Source of the DNA: a virus
IMG/VR virus record: IMGVR_UViG_3300015263_000599
Location: 30,453 to 94,452 of that record
Direction: 5' to 3' (one strand)
Length of the DNA stretch: 64,000 nt
Positions 36,535-46,518 of the stretch are shown here, piece by piece (the first letter of the stretch is position 1; every line of letters starts with the position of its first letter). The notes below the pieces were generated by a model, which was not told the DNA's origin, did not search any database, and saw nothing but the letters and a program-made list of their open reading frames with translations. A program made the position numbers and the translations under genes.

Positions 36535-37536
36535 ATGGCTACTGACGACCATTACAAAACGCTTGAAGTGGATCGGCGTGCTTCCGACGCCGTGATCAGT
36601 GCAGCTTACAAAGCACTCGTCAAACAGGCCCATGACGCCAAGGACGAGGAGCGTTGGAAGAGACTGAACGCAGCCTATGAAGTCCTGTCGGACACAGCCA
36701 AACGCAAAAAGCATGACCGCACTGCCGCTGATTCCATCAAGCGAGGCAAGGTCATCGGTGACTACCGCATTCTCGAACAGATTGCGGAAGGCGGTTTCGG
36801 CACGACATACAAAGCCGAACACCGTCTGACCGGCAAACTTGTGTGCATCAAGCACGCCTCTCACGTCTCGGCCCATGACGAGCAAATCTTGCTCGATGAG
36901 GCACGCAGTTGTTGGGACTTGCGGCACTGGGGCATCCCGGCGATGCGAGACATTCTCAGAATGCCCGACGACAGCATGGCTCTCGTGATGAGTTATGTCC
37001 CCGGCCCAACACTCGCAGAAGTGTTGGAGAAGAAGGAATACAACAACGGCCTCGATGCCGAACACGTCGCATGGATCGTTGACCGAACGCTCAACATCCT
37101 GAAGTACCTTCACTTCAACGGCGTCGTGCATGGCGATATGAAGCCTCAGAACATGATCATCCAGCCGGAAGACCACACTGTCGTTCTGGTGGATTACGGC
37201 TTGTCGAAAGTGAAGCCTACTCGGAAAGATGGTGCATTGGGATACACTCCCTTTTTCGCCTCTCCCGAACAGGAGTCAGGACGAGTGCCGTTGCCTGAAT
37301 CCGACTTCTTCGGGTTGGGCAAGACGATGATTTTCGCACTGGGCGGCGATGTCGAATTCATCAAGGTGCCCGAGCATACCCCGGATGCCATGTGTGAATT
37401 CATCAAGCACCTGATCAAACAAGATCCGCTGGCAAGGCCAAACTGGCAGGACGTTGATCTGTGCGAAGAGTTCCGAAAGATTCGGAAAGCGTGTTTTGGC
37501 CGAACATTCAGCAACATGAAACCTTTGAAGATTTGA
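36535..37536 (+). CDS. J-domain-like / Hanks-type Ser/Thr kinase fusion
   Basis: DHYKTLEV...AAYKAL...LNAAYEVLSD..KRK.HD; IAEGGFG, CIK, VHGDMKPQN, DYG, SPE. Confidence 0.9.
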   Translation: MATDDHYKTLEVDRRASDAVISAAYKALVKQAHDAKDEERWKRLNAAYEVLSDTAKRKKHDRTAADSIKRGKVIGDYRILEQIAEGGFGTTYKAEHRLTGKLVCIKHASHVSAHDEQILLDEARSCWDLRHWGIPAMRDILRMPDDSMALVMSYVPGPTLAEVLEKKEYNNGLDAEHVAWIVDRTLNILKYLHFNGVVHGDMKPQNMIIQPEDHTVVLVDYGLSKVKPTRKDGALGYTPFFASPEQESGRVPLPESDFFGLGKTMIFALGGDVEFIKVPEHTPDAMCEFIKHLIKQDPLARPNWQDVDLCEEFRKIRKACFGRTFSNMKPLKI

Positions 37537-37543
37537 GAGAGCC

Positions 37544-38875
37544 ATGGGCGACAAGAAACGGATCGAGATCATCGGCGGCGGAACGGTCTCTTGGATCGGA
37601 AGCCATCTGGCACTGACAGCCCCAGCATACGGCGGAACGGCTCGTGCCCTTCACCGACTCGCTTTCAACTTGGCTCCCACAATGGAGCCGGTGATCCGAC
37701 TCACGAAGATGGCCGGTGGCATGACCATCATTGGCACCACGCCCGCTGCCGAGCAACTCGAAACCAACGAAGACATTTCTGCTCTGGTTGACCTGTTGGT
37801 TGCCGATGACAGAACAAAGATTGTCTTTTTCACGGCAGCGATGGTGGATTTCAACGGCGAGATCGATTGCCCAATCTTCACGCCCGGCAAATATGGTACT
37901 CGGCTTTCCTCGAAGGAAGAGCCATACATCCTGAAACTCACTCCTGCTGAGAAGATCATCAGGAAGGTCCGCAAGACACGGAAAGACATCTTCCTTGTGG
38001 GATTCAAGCAGACCTGCGGAAAGACCGAAGACGAACAGTACATCGAAGGTCTGGAACTCTGCAAGAAGGCGTCATGCAACCTCGTTCTGGCAAACGACAC
38101 CAAGACCCGCCTGAACATGGTCATCACGCCGGAAGAGGCCCGCTATCACGTCACCACCAACCGGCAGGAAGCGTTGCATGGTTTGATGGAGATGGCGTTG
38201 ATGCGATCCCATCTGACGTTCACCCGTTCAACGGTCGTGGACGGCCAGCCTATCGAATGGACCTCGCCAGAAGTCCCAGAATCGCTGAGGACGGTCGTGG
38301 ATTGGTGCGTGCAGCAAGGAGCCTACAAACCGTTCAACGGCGTCACAGTGGGCCACTTCGCCTGCAAGCTGGACGAACAGACGTTCTTGACCAGCATCCG
38401 CCGCTCGAACTTCAACAACATCTATGAAACTGGTCTGGTCAAGGTGAAGACTGATGGGCCGGATTCAGTGATGGCCTACGGTGCCAAGCCATCCGTGGGC
38501 GGACAGTCGCAACGCATTGTGTTCCACGAGCACACTGATTACGACTGCATCGTACACTTCCACTGCCCGATCAAACCGGGAAGCGAAGTGCCAATTGCAT
38601 CTCAACGAGAGTTTGAGTGTGGGTCGCATGAGTGCGGACAAAACACCTCGACGCATCTCAAGCGATTCGGTAATCTGAGTGCAGTGTTCCTCGAAGAGCA
38701 TGGGCCAAACATTGTGTTTCACCGCACAATCGACCCACAAGAAGTCATCGACTTCATCGAGGCCAATTTCGAACTGTCAAGGAAGACTGGTGGCTTCGTG
38801 AGCATCCAGTCACGTCTCGACACCAACAACACGTTGCAAGACGCAACCAAGCTTCTAGGAGAGTCCCATGAGTGA
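37544..38875 (+). CDS. CoaB/DFP-like domain fused to class II aldolase/adducin-like domain
   Basis: GGGT, TAAMVDF, LTPAEKII, FLVGFK, LVLAND; then GHFA, FLTS, KPS, CIVHFH. Confidence 0.7.
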   Translation: MGDKKRIEIIGGGTVSWIGSHLALTAPAYGGTARALHRLAFNLAPTMEPVIRLTKMAGGMTIIGTTPAAEQLETNEDISALVDLLVADDRTKIVFFTAAMVDFNGEIDCPIFTPGKYGTRLSSKEEPYILKLTPAEKIIRKVRKTRKDIFLVGFKQTCGKTEDEQYIEGLELCKKASCNLVLANDTKTRLNMVITPEEARYHVTTNRQEALHGLMEMALMRSHLTFTRSTVVDGQPIEWTSPEVPESLRTVVDWCVQQGAYKPFNGVTVGHFACKLDEQTFLTSIRRSNFNNIYETGLVKVKTDGPDSVMAYGAKPSVGGQSQRIVFHEHTDYDCIVHFHCPIKPGSEVPIASQREFECGSHECGQNTSTHLKRFGNLSAVFLEEHGPNIVFHRTIDPQEVIDFIEANFELSRKTGGFVSIQSRLDTNNTLQDATKLLGESHE

Positions 38876-39884
38876 AGCAGGCGATTATGTACCAGCAGCA
38901 CATTGGGGAGGCCATGACTTCGTTTCCGCTCGTCGTTCTTACGCCGATCACGTCGATGTGAGCCGACAGGAAGCCATCGCCAAAGGGGTCGATCCCAAAG
39001 ACCTCGTTCCCGACAAGATCACCACAGACGCCGAATCACCTTTGGTGATCGCCGTCGATGTCACCGGGAGCATGGGCGAATGGCCCGCCACGATGTTCTC
39101 GAAGCTCCCGTACCTCGAATTCGAGGGCCAAGAGTATCTCGGGGACGACATGCAGATCTCGTTCTGCGCCATCGGCGACTCAGGCTTCGACCGGCACCCG
39201 TTGCAGGTCCGTCCGTTCGTCAAGGGCGGCGATCTCAAGGAATCCCTTGAAGCCCTGATCCACGATAAGGGCGGCGGCGGCAATGCCGAAGAGAGCTACG
39301 ATCTCGCCGCTCTCTACTACTCCCGAAACTGCGAGATGACCGGAGCGATCCGCAAGCCGATCTTCATCTTCATCGGTGACGAAGGCATCTACCATCCCGA
39401 CTTCAGCCCGAACGCCGAAGGTTGGGCTCGCACGAAGGTTGATGGTCGGTCTAGCGTGGACAGTGCCTTCAACCAGTTGAGGCAGAAGTTCAACGTCTAC
39501 TGCATCCGCAAACCGTATGGTGGCAGCGAGAAGAAGATCCACGCCCAGTGGGTCGAGTATCTCGGAGCCGATCATGTGGTGATGCTGCAAGACCCGAATC
39601 GAGTCGTCGATGTGATCTTCGGTTTGCTCGCCAACGAGACGGGCCGCATCGAATACTTCGAGGACGAGCTTCGTGAACGACAGGGCAAGGATCGTGACGG
39701 CGACGAGAAGATCGACAAGGTTCTCAAGTCGCTGATGACGGTCCACCGAATCGGCAAGGACAAAGACAAGTCCTTGAAGAAGATCGCTGGACCAAAGGGC
39801 GGCGGCAAGAGCAAGTCGGTTGCTGTCGATGATGGTCCCGGCCCGAAGGGAGGAAAGGCCAAGAGCAAGTCGCTTTTGGACTGA
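38868..39884 (+). CDS. Cytoplasmic vWA-domain protein
   Basis: IAVDVTGSM, AIGD, GGGN.EESY, FIGDE. Confidence 0.85.
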   Translation: MSEAGDYVPAAHWGGHDFVSARRSYADHVDVSRQEAIAKGVDPKDLVPDKITTDAESPLVIAVDVTGSMGEWPATMFSKLPYLEFEGQEYLGDDMQISFCAIGDSGFDRHPLQVRPFVKGGDLKESLEALIHDKGGGGNAEESYDLAALYYSRNCEMTGAIRKPIFIFIGDEGIYHPDFSPNAEGWARTKVDGRSSVDSAFNQLRQKFNVYCIRKPYGGSEKKIHAQWVEYLGADHVVMLQDPNRVVDVIFGLLANETGRIEYFEDELRERQGKDRDGDEKIDKVLKSLMTVHRIGKDKDKSLKKIAGPKGGGKSKSVAVDDGPGPKGGKAKSKSLLD

Positions 39885-39888
39885 CGCA

Positions 39889-40413
39889 ATGAACCTAGAC
39901 AACCTTCATCTGACACAGGACGGATTCCGACACAATCGCCTGAACATGCTGTCGATGATCCGGTTTGTGTCAGATGGGGGACGGTTTGATCACGAATCGC
40001 TCGCACGACACAATCCCGAACACACCAGTCTGATTGCAATCACGGAGTTCCCGGACGGCCAATGGTACATTCGAGACGGCCTGCATCGCACCATCTCGAT
40101 CTATCTGGGTCGTTCAGAACGGGTGCTTTATGAGGATGAATATCAGATTGAGCATATGGGTTATGAGATGTATCTCGAACCCGCAGTTCAACATGGTTGG
40201 TACACGCCCTTTGATCCTCGAACTGAAGTCCGACTGGCGGACTTCTTTGAGTTCAAAAACAAGGTGCTGGGATTGATCGATGGCGGCGACGATGTGGAAG
40301 CGTTCATTCGCTCTAACAAACACATGTACGCCACTCCTCGTTCTCACAAGCACACAATTGCCAAACTGGCAGAGGAGTTGAGTCATGAGCTTGCTCGATG
40401 TCTTGCTGGGTAG
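39889..40413 (+). CDS. Hypothetical protein (ParB/Srx-like motif)
   Basis: LHLTQ...WYIRDGLHR. Confidence 0.55.
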   Translation: MNLDNLHLTQDGFRHNRLNMLSMIRFVSDGGRFDHESLARHNPEHTSLIAITEFPDGQWYIRDGLHRTISIYLGRSERVLYEDEYQIEHMGYEMYLEPAVQHGWYTPFDPRTEVRLADFFEFKNKVLGLIDGGDDVEAFIRSNKHMYATPRSHKHTIAKLAEELSHELARCLAG

Positions 40414-41383
40414 AAAGCCCGTCCAACCTTTGTTGGCTCGACCGAACTTTCATGTGACGCTCTGGCCTGCCTTCCCGCATTTTCCTCGCTTCTCGCAGGA
40501 CGACCGGCTGGATGGCATCCGGCTCAACAGTGCCATGATGGATGCCGCCGAGATCGACGACGACTTCAACACGAAAGTCGAAGCCGCCACCGTTCCACTC
40601 TGGTTCGACATCAAGGGGATGCAGCTTCGCATCCGGGAAGTGTTGACCGATCACAAGACGGACAAGCATTTGGAGATCATTCTCAACCGGCCCATCATTC
40701 TCGATAGGAAAGTCTCACACTTTCAGCCGTGCATTATCGAGTTCAAAGCGGGAGAGGACGCCGCCAAGTGTATTGCCATGGAAGACGGCGGTAAGCGTCT
40801 GGTCTTTGAGTCATGGCCGAAGTTTGAAGTCCGTGCCGGGGAAAGCATTCACGTTCGAGAACCCCACACCACTGACGGCCCAGTATTCTTGCCTTACGAA
40901 ATCGAGAAAATCGAAAAGATCGTAGCCCTCGGATTCAACAACTTCTACCTGTCCTATGTCTGGGACCAGCGGCACGTCGATGAATTTCGAGAGTACATCG
41001 GCAAAGACGCCCAACTTCGTCTGAAGATCGAGAACCCCCGAGGGCTCAATTGGGTTTCCTCTGGCTGGCGTCCGCAGGCCAACACCAACCTCGTCGCCGC
41101 CAGAGGCGATCTGTATGTCGAGATTGATTATCCGCACCAGATCATGCAGGCGTGCAAGTTGATCATTGGGGCCGATCCGGGAGCCACAGTTGGCTCACGA
41201 ATGCTGCTGTCGCTCGTCACGCAGAACTATCCTCGTTGTGCTGATTTGAGTGATCTGTCGTGGTTGTATGACATCGGTTACAGGAATTTCCTGTTGTGTG
41301 ACGAACTGTGCCTCAAGGAAAACCTGATGGCAACTTGCGTCAACATCTTCGACGCTTTCCGAAACGACTACTGTTTGTCGTAG
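40385..41383 (+). CDS. Pyruvate-kinase-like barrel protein (no C-domain)
   Basis: GIRLNS, DIKGMQLR, KIEN, AARGDLYVEI, LLCDE. Confidence 0.75.
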   Translation: MSLLDVLLGRKPVQPLLARPNFHVTLWPAFPHFPRFSQDDRLDGIRLNSAMMDAAEIDDDFNTKVEAATVPLWFDIKGMQLRIREVLTDHKTDKHLEIILNRPIILDRKVSHFQPCIIEFKAGEDAAKCIAMEDGGKRLVFESWPKFEVRAGESIHVREPHTTDGPVFLPYEIEKIEKIVALGFNNFYLSYVWDQRHVDEFREYIGKDAQLRLKIENPRGLNWVSSGWRPQANTNLVAARGDLYVEIDYPHQIMQACKLIIGADPGATVGSRMLLSLVTQNYPRCADLSDLSWLYDIGYRNFLLCDELCLKENLMATCVNIFDAFRNDYCLS

Positions 41384-41444
41384 GAAAGTAACCTTGGGTT
41401 AAGAAGGCTATCTATGGTAGAATCTTAGATAGCAGGAGCAACCC

Positions 41445-41732
41445 ATGGTGCGTATTCTCGGCAATATCTTTCGATCCACCCTGTACCTTGCGATGGGCGG
41501 ATTGATGGGATACTACAACTACCAAGCTGGCGGACTGATCAGCGTCCTCACCGCCATCTTTTTCTTTGCATTGGGCGTTTTGATGGTGACGACGTGGCGA
41601 AAGAAGCCAAACGTGCAATTCGAGCAGCTTTCCGTTCAGCCGTCTTCGGACGAGCCGGATACCGCTGTGAGTGCTGCGGAAGGCTCGGATATGACCGTCA
41701 AGGGACCGGAGACCCTCAACGAGTCCCTTTAG
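41445..41732 (+). CDS. Small two-TM membrane protein
   Basis: AGGAG RBS; two hydrophobic helices; 3' half overlaps HNH ORF in another frame. Confidence 0.55.
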   Translation: MVRILGNIFRSTLYLAMGGLMGYYNYQAGGLISVLTAIFFFALGVLMVTTWRKKPNVQFEQLSVQPSSDEPDTAVSAAEGSDMTVKGPETLNESL

Positions 41733-41920
41733 ACGCACACCACATCACCAATCGCAAGGAGATGCCCAACGGCGGCTACGTCAAAGAGAACGGCATCTCT
41801 GTCTGTGACGATTGCCATTTGTTGGCCGAAGACGCTGCTCCCGGCTTTGAGCCCGAAGTGCTTTACGAGAAGATCGGCTCAAGTCACGAAGCTGCACTGA
41901 AAGCCAGCACTGATTTGTAG
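41594..41920 (+). CDS. HNH endonuclease
   Basis: FRSAVF.RAGYRCECCG...LDAHHI...NGISVCDDCH. Confidence 0.8.
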   Translation: MAKEAKRAIRAAFRSAVFGRAGYRCECCGRLGYDRQGTGDPQRVPLDAHHITNRKEMPNGGYVKENGISVCDDCHLLAEDAAPGFEPEVLYEKIGSSHEAALKASTDL

Positions 41921-44900
41921 GTCCACTCAGGGCTACCATCAGGCACCGGCACGCCTTTCATGTTTAGCTCACGGGCCACCTTCTTTGGGCTTGATTTCGT
42001 CAACAAGACCTTCAATTTCTCTGACAGTGGTGGCTCTATCGAATAGTGCTTGTGTTCTGTGTATAGCCCATGCAGGTACTCCAACCAACGATGGGCAGTT
42101 GTGATTCCGTTGAATCGATACAACACATGTCCTTTGATCTCAAGCAGTTCTTCCGGGGTCATTTCCAATGCCGCTTTGATTTTATGAGACATCACGTCGC
42201 CACCATCATGAGGGTCAATAACCTGTCCGAACGGGAACCCGAACATCTGGTACATGTCTTTGAACACTCCAACATTTGTACTGACAACCGGAACTCCCGC
42301 CGCCCAAGCTTCAATTAACACAAGACAGAACCCTTCTTTCTCTGACGGCATCAACAACACATCAATGCCCTTCATGGTGTCGCCGATCTTGTGTTGAACA
42401 TCGATATACTTCAGCCGTCTTTCCTGATCTTCACGGCTGAGGAATTTGTCCATGTCTTCTTTGTAATGTTCTTCTTCGCAAGACCATGGACCCGAATGCG
42501 TCACGCCGACATACACACCTTTGTACTCCTCTGGCAGAGCAGAGATGACTTTCCCTAGTGCCAAAGGGTTCTTCTCTTTACACCATCGTCCCACAAACCC
42601 AATCACGATGTCATCTTTCGATAACCCCCACGCCTGCTTCTGCTCTTCTTTTGATTTGTCAGAGAATGTGTGGTCGGGCAGAAATCCATTGGGAATAATG
42701 TTGACCGACTTGCGAATGATCTCCGGGTAGGCATTCATGGCTTCACAACTGACAGCGGCAAAGCGGGTCGCTAACGGAGCGTTTTTCTCCAGAATATCTG
42801 CATGAAATGTGTCTTCTGGGTGGCACTTTGATATCACCACAATCGGCTTGTCGATTTTGGGGAACCAGTTAGCAAAATCTTCAATGCCCCAAACCACAAT
42901 GACATCAGAGTTCAAAAACACCTTGTTCATTTCTGGCTTGTTTTTGTAAGTGAACAGATTTGGGTGTTCCATATCGATCTCTTCTTCGAGATGAAATTTC
43001 CCGTATGGCAAAAGTTCTTCAAGAATCTTTGGATTGGTTTTTAACTCTCCCGCTGGCTTCACCAGACTCCACTCAATCAAACATCTTTGGGAGCACTTCA
43101 TCAAGGTTGAAAGCCAAACCTCTGTGCCACCGAAGTCAAGATTCGGAAGCAGCACACATGCCTTCAACTTCTTGTGAGGCTGAAACTGCTTGTAGAGATC
43201 TTCGATTGCCTGCTCCCAAGCTCTGGCACTTTTTTCAATCGTGAATTCATCCCTGATGATCTTTCCAATCTTTTCAACATTGGGCTTGTTTGCTTCGCCC
43301 ATTGCCTCTCTGATGTAATTAGAAAGATCTCTTGGTGTGACGCCAAGATTGGTGGAGATGCCAATGTTCCCGTACTTGTTTTCAAGTTCCATGACTGCGC
43401 CGCATCTGGAGAAAACAGCCGGAACATCCATCATCCATGCTTCGGCCAGAGAGTTTGAAAACCCTTCGTACTCTGACACAAGGACAAAACAATCCAGACC
43501 CGACAAAGCATCTCCGACGTGATGCGACCATTCGTCTACAACGTAACGTCCGGGAAGATATTGTTCCAACATAGATTGAACCTCTTCAAACACAACTCTC
43601 ACGGGTTGGCCGACGAAAGCTAGTTTGTATTCTTCTGGAAGAAGCGACACTGCTTTGATGACTGTGCCGAGGTTCTTGTTCATATCGACTCGACCGGTGT
43701 ATCCGATTACTTTGTCTTCAGGTCCGAATCCCCATTTTTCTCGCTGCTTCTCTCGACCCAATTGTGTTTGCAGTCTTTCGATAGCGTGGCCGCTATAGAT
43801 GGTTCTCGCTCGGCCATTCCAGAACAATGTGCCAGAATGGTCAGAGTTTCCTACTTGCATGTTCGACCGAATCTTCTTGTACTCATTCAAGACCCATCTT
43901 CCAAAAGCATTGGATAAGGCGATTGAAGGATGTGGCAGAACTTCGACCATAGGATGGCATAAGTGCCATTTCACAACCACATCTGCGTCCTGACAAGCTC
44001 TTAGAACAGCTTCTTCGAACGTGTCACAAACATGAATTCCGTCGAGGTCAATGGCTTCGTCCTCATGTTTCTTATTGACGTAAACTGGCGGAAATTTTTC
44101 TTTGTAGAGAGGAGAGATCTCAAACTGAAAAGCCGACTCCACAGCCAGTCCTACCCATTGCACCTTTTGGGGATCAAGTCGTGTCAACATCTCATTGAAT
44201 TCAACTTCGGCCCCGCCTCGCTTGAAATTATTGACGATCATGGCACATTTGATGGGAGTCTCCACCTCTGTTTCAGGCACAATTTCTGGAAACATAAAGT
44301 AGTCGTGTCTTCGAACAGCGGCGATTCGCTTGGGGAAGATAACTTCTTTCCCTTGGAGCCATTCTTCGATTGTGCCTTCATGCTCCAACAAGCTATCGAA
44401 CCATTCAGAATGAATTCCTAGTCCAGAAAATTTCCTGACCCCCGACGATTTAACCGTGTTGGTGGTGTGCCAGTGACCTCGCTGAGCTTCCGCACCGAGA
44501 GCCATCAATCGCCAGTCTCGAACATCTCTGAAGAGATATCGTGCTAGATTGCGTGCGTGAAATTTGAAAACATCTTGATCGGTTAAGATCAAAATCCTTT
44601 CGGCGTTACAAATTTTGGAATCACGCACAGCGTCTTTGATATCCCCCTCGAATGGCGTCACGAGATGCACAATGTCGGCATCCTGAAGCTGGCTGATCAT
44701 CTCGTCATGCCTACGCACGTCCGATTGAAGCCAATAGATTTTGTCGAAAACGTGAAAGGGATTGATGTCAATGTCGGCTTCCCTGATCTGATCTGGGCTG
44801 AGCTTGTGAGATGTTGTGACTCTGTTGTGATCCCTACTGATGGGCCGCACGATTTCTTCATGTCCCATTTGAAATCGTGTATTGTATTTTGGCTCGATCC

Positions 44901-46041
44901 CAGCATCGTGCATGATGCGACCCATCATTTGGTCGCTCCATCGGCACTTGATGTGTTCGCCATCCTGCGGATAATCAACCACGGCTTGCACAGCACGGGG
45001 GCTCAAAAAGATACCGGCTCCTCCTTGAACATAGAACGGTTCTCCGTGCATATCCACAGGCCCGCCTCCGTAATAATCATGTTCTGCAAAGTCGCAATCG
45101 AGCATTCTGCTGACCATGATGTAAGTGTCGTCGTCGCAACAAAACAATCGATCAAACTCAAAATGCTGAGCCACATACTTGATGGAGAGGTATTGTTTGA
45201 TTGGGCAATCCAGATAGGTGTCTCCGCAGTCAATGTACAAGATATCGCCAACCACCTCTGTCGGGGCTCCCGGTCTGCCAACAACGAAGTAATACTGGTG
45301 ATCCAAGTCTTTCAACCATGTTTGTCGCAAAGCCCTTCGTGCCTCATCGTTTTTCTGGCAACTTGTAATCAAGAATAGAAGTTTCATCGATTTGCCTTTT
45401 AGCTGTTTGTATCTTTCATAGTATTGGGAAGACAACAGAAGCTTGTTTGTCTCTTCAGAGATGTTTCCCAGATTCAAATTCTCTTGATAGGAGAGGTGTG
45501 TGACAGCGTTGATTCTTCGCTTCAAAGGACGCTGTACGTCGAAGTATCGTTGAAGGATGGGAAACATCTCTTCTTCGTGGTGAAGAATGATGTCGATTTC
45601 CTTCCACCATTCAGGGACAGCCCAATGCTCGCAATCAATGTTCAGAGATGTTTGGCTGGTAACTTGCTGCTTGATGAACTCATCCAGTGACGGGTTTTCA
45701 ATATCTTCAGATTTTTTGAGTTGGAACCCATAGAGAGAGCAGAGTTGCTCTCTGGGATCACGAACAATCGAGAATGTGAGCCAGCCGTTTTGTTTGAATT
45801 TTTTGAGAAGATTGTGATTCCAGTTCACGATGTGGTTGTGAAAAACAACAGGCGTATGATGCTCGGCCATACAGATTTCTTCCGCTTCTTCTTGCGTCCA
45901 ATCTCTGTTGAGAAGGTATGGCGCACGCCATGAATCGATAAGTTCATATCCATCGCACTTCAACTGCGAGACCGTGTAGACCCCGCTGGTACGCATATGA
46001 TGGATGAAGGCAAGTTTTAAGTGTCTGTTTCTGGATTGCAT
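41884..46041 (-). CDS. Multi-domain glycosyltransferase (sulfotransferase-like, GT31/Fringe-like, linker domain, two GT4/GT-B modules)
   Basis: FIHHMRTSG...IVRDP; RQTWL...CDDDTY...GGAG..LS...SD; two copies of GG.E...IG[YF].GR...K...S..EGF...EAW. Confidence 0.88.
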   Translation of the reverse strand: MQSRNRHLKLAFIHHMRTSGVYTVSQLKCDGYELIDSWRAPYLLNRDWTQEEAEEICMAEHHTPVVFHNHIVNWNHNLLKKFKQNGWLTFSIVRDPREQLCSLYGFQLKKSEDIENPSLDEFIKQQVTSQTSLNIDCEHWAVPEWWKEIDIILHHEEEMFPILQRYFDVQRPLKRRINAVTHLSYQENLNLGNISEETNKLLLSSQYYERYKQLKGKSMKLLFLITSCQKNDEARRALRQTWLKDLDHQYYFVVGRPGAPTEVVGDILYIDCGDTYLDCPIKQYLSIKYVAQHFEFDRLFCCDDDTYIMVSRMLDCDFAEHDYYGGGPVDMHGEPFYVQGGAGIFLSPRAVQAVVDYPQDGEHIKCRWSDQMMGRIMHDAGIEPKYNTRFQMGHEEIVRPISRDHNRVTTSHKLSPDQIREADIDINPFHVFDKIYWLQSDVRRHDEMISQLQDADIVHLVTPFEGDIKDAVRDSKICNAERILILTDQDVFKFHARNLARYLFRDVRDWRLMALGAEAQRGHWHTTNTVKSSGVRKFSGLGIHSEWFDSLLEHEGTIEEWLQGKEVIFPKRIAAVRRHDYFMFPEIVPETEVETPIKCAMIVNNFKRGGAEVEFNEMLTRLDPQKVQWVGLAVESAFQFEISPLYKEKFPPVYVNKKHEDEAIDLDGIHVCDTFEEAVLRACQDADVVVKWHLCHPMVEVLPHPSIALSNAFGRWVLNEYKKIRSNMQVGNSDHSGTLFWNGRARTIYSGHAIERLQTQLGREKQREKWGFGPEDKVIGYTGRVDMNKNLGTVIKAVSLLPEEYKLAFVGQPVRVVFEEVQSMLEQYLPGRYVVDEWSHHVGDALSGLDCFVLVSEYEGFSNSLAEAWMMDVPAVFSRCGAVMELENKYGNIGISTNLGVTPRDLSNYIREAMGEANKPNVEKIGKIIRDEFTIEKSARAWEQAIEDLYKQFQPHKKLKACVLLPNLDFGGTEVWLSTLMKCSQRCLIEWSLVKPAGELKTNPKILEELLPYGKFHLEEEIDMEHPNLFTYKNKPEMNKVFLNSDVIVVWGIEDFANWFPKIDKPIVVISKCHPEDTFHADILEKNAPLATRFAAVSCEAMNAYPEIIRKSVNIIPNGFLPDHTFSDKSKEEQKQAWGLSKDDIVIGFVGRWCKEKNPLALGKVISALPEEYKGVYVGVTHSGPWSCEEEHYKEDMDKFLSREDQERRLKYIDVQHKIGDTMKGIDVLLMPSEKEGFCLVLIEAWAAGVPVVSTNVGVFKDMYQMFGFPFGQVIDPHDGGDVMSHKIKAALEMTPEELLEIKGHVLYRFNGITTAHRWLEYLHGLYTEHKHYSIEPPLSEKLKVLLTKSSPKKVARELNMKGVPVPDGSPEWTYKSVLAFSAAS

Positions 46042-46490
46042 AATGGCTGAAAGTATTGAATCCCGGCAGGGGAGTTCTCCTCATACAGCTTTAACAGAGC
46101 GGACTTTTTCGCAAATTCCTCATACCGTTCCTGTTCTGGCGATTTCGGTCGGCACTTTGCGGCTTCATCATAGTAGAGTTTGTCTTGAGGGTGGCAGACA
46201 TAGATGTCATCGCCTCTGTCTTTGGGCGTGTTGTTTTCATACAAAAGACAGACTTGGCTTTCGTCAACGCCCACAATGGCGGCAAACATCTCAATCAACC
46301 ATGCCACATTCTTCGGGCTGTAGTCCGCATTTGACGGAACTGGAGCGTTCTCGACCTCTGGAAGCGGGAACTCGTAGCGAGAACCGAATCCATGTGAGAA
46401 TTCTCGGTTGCGTGGGGCATCTTCGCAGACCCCATCGCAGTGAAACCAGTTTTCGTGGCCCGGCACATGTTCTGATCCTGATTGTGGCAT
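46017..46490 (-). CDS. Hypothetical protein
   Basis: GGAGGAG RBS before MPQSG. Confidence 0.65.
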   Translation of the reverse strand: MPQSGSEHVPGHENWFHCDGVCEDAPRNREFSHGFGSRYEFPLPEVENAPVPSNADYSPKNVAWLIEMFAAIVGVDESQVCLLYENNTPKDRGDDIYVCHPQDKLYYDEAAKCRPKSPEQERYEEFAKKSALLKLYEENSPAGIQYFQPLCNPETDT

Positions 46491-46518
46491 AATAATCTCC
46501 TCCAACGGTATATAGGTT

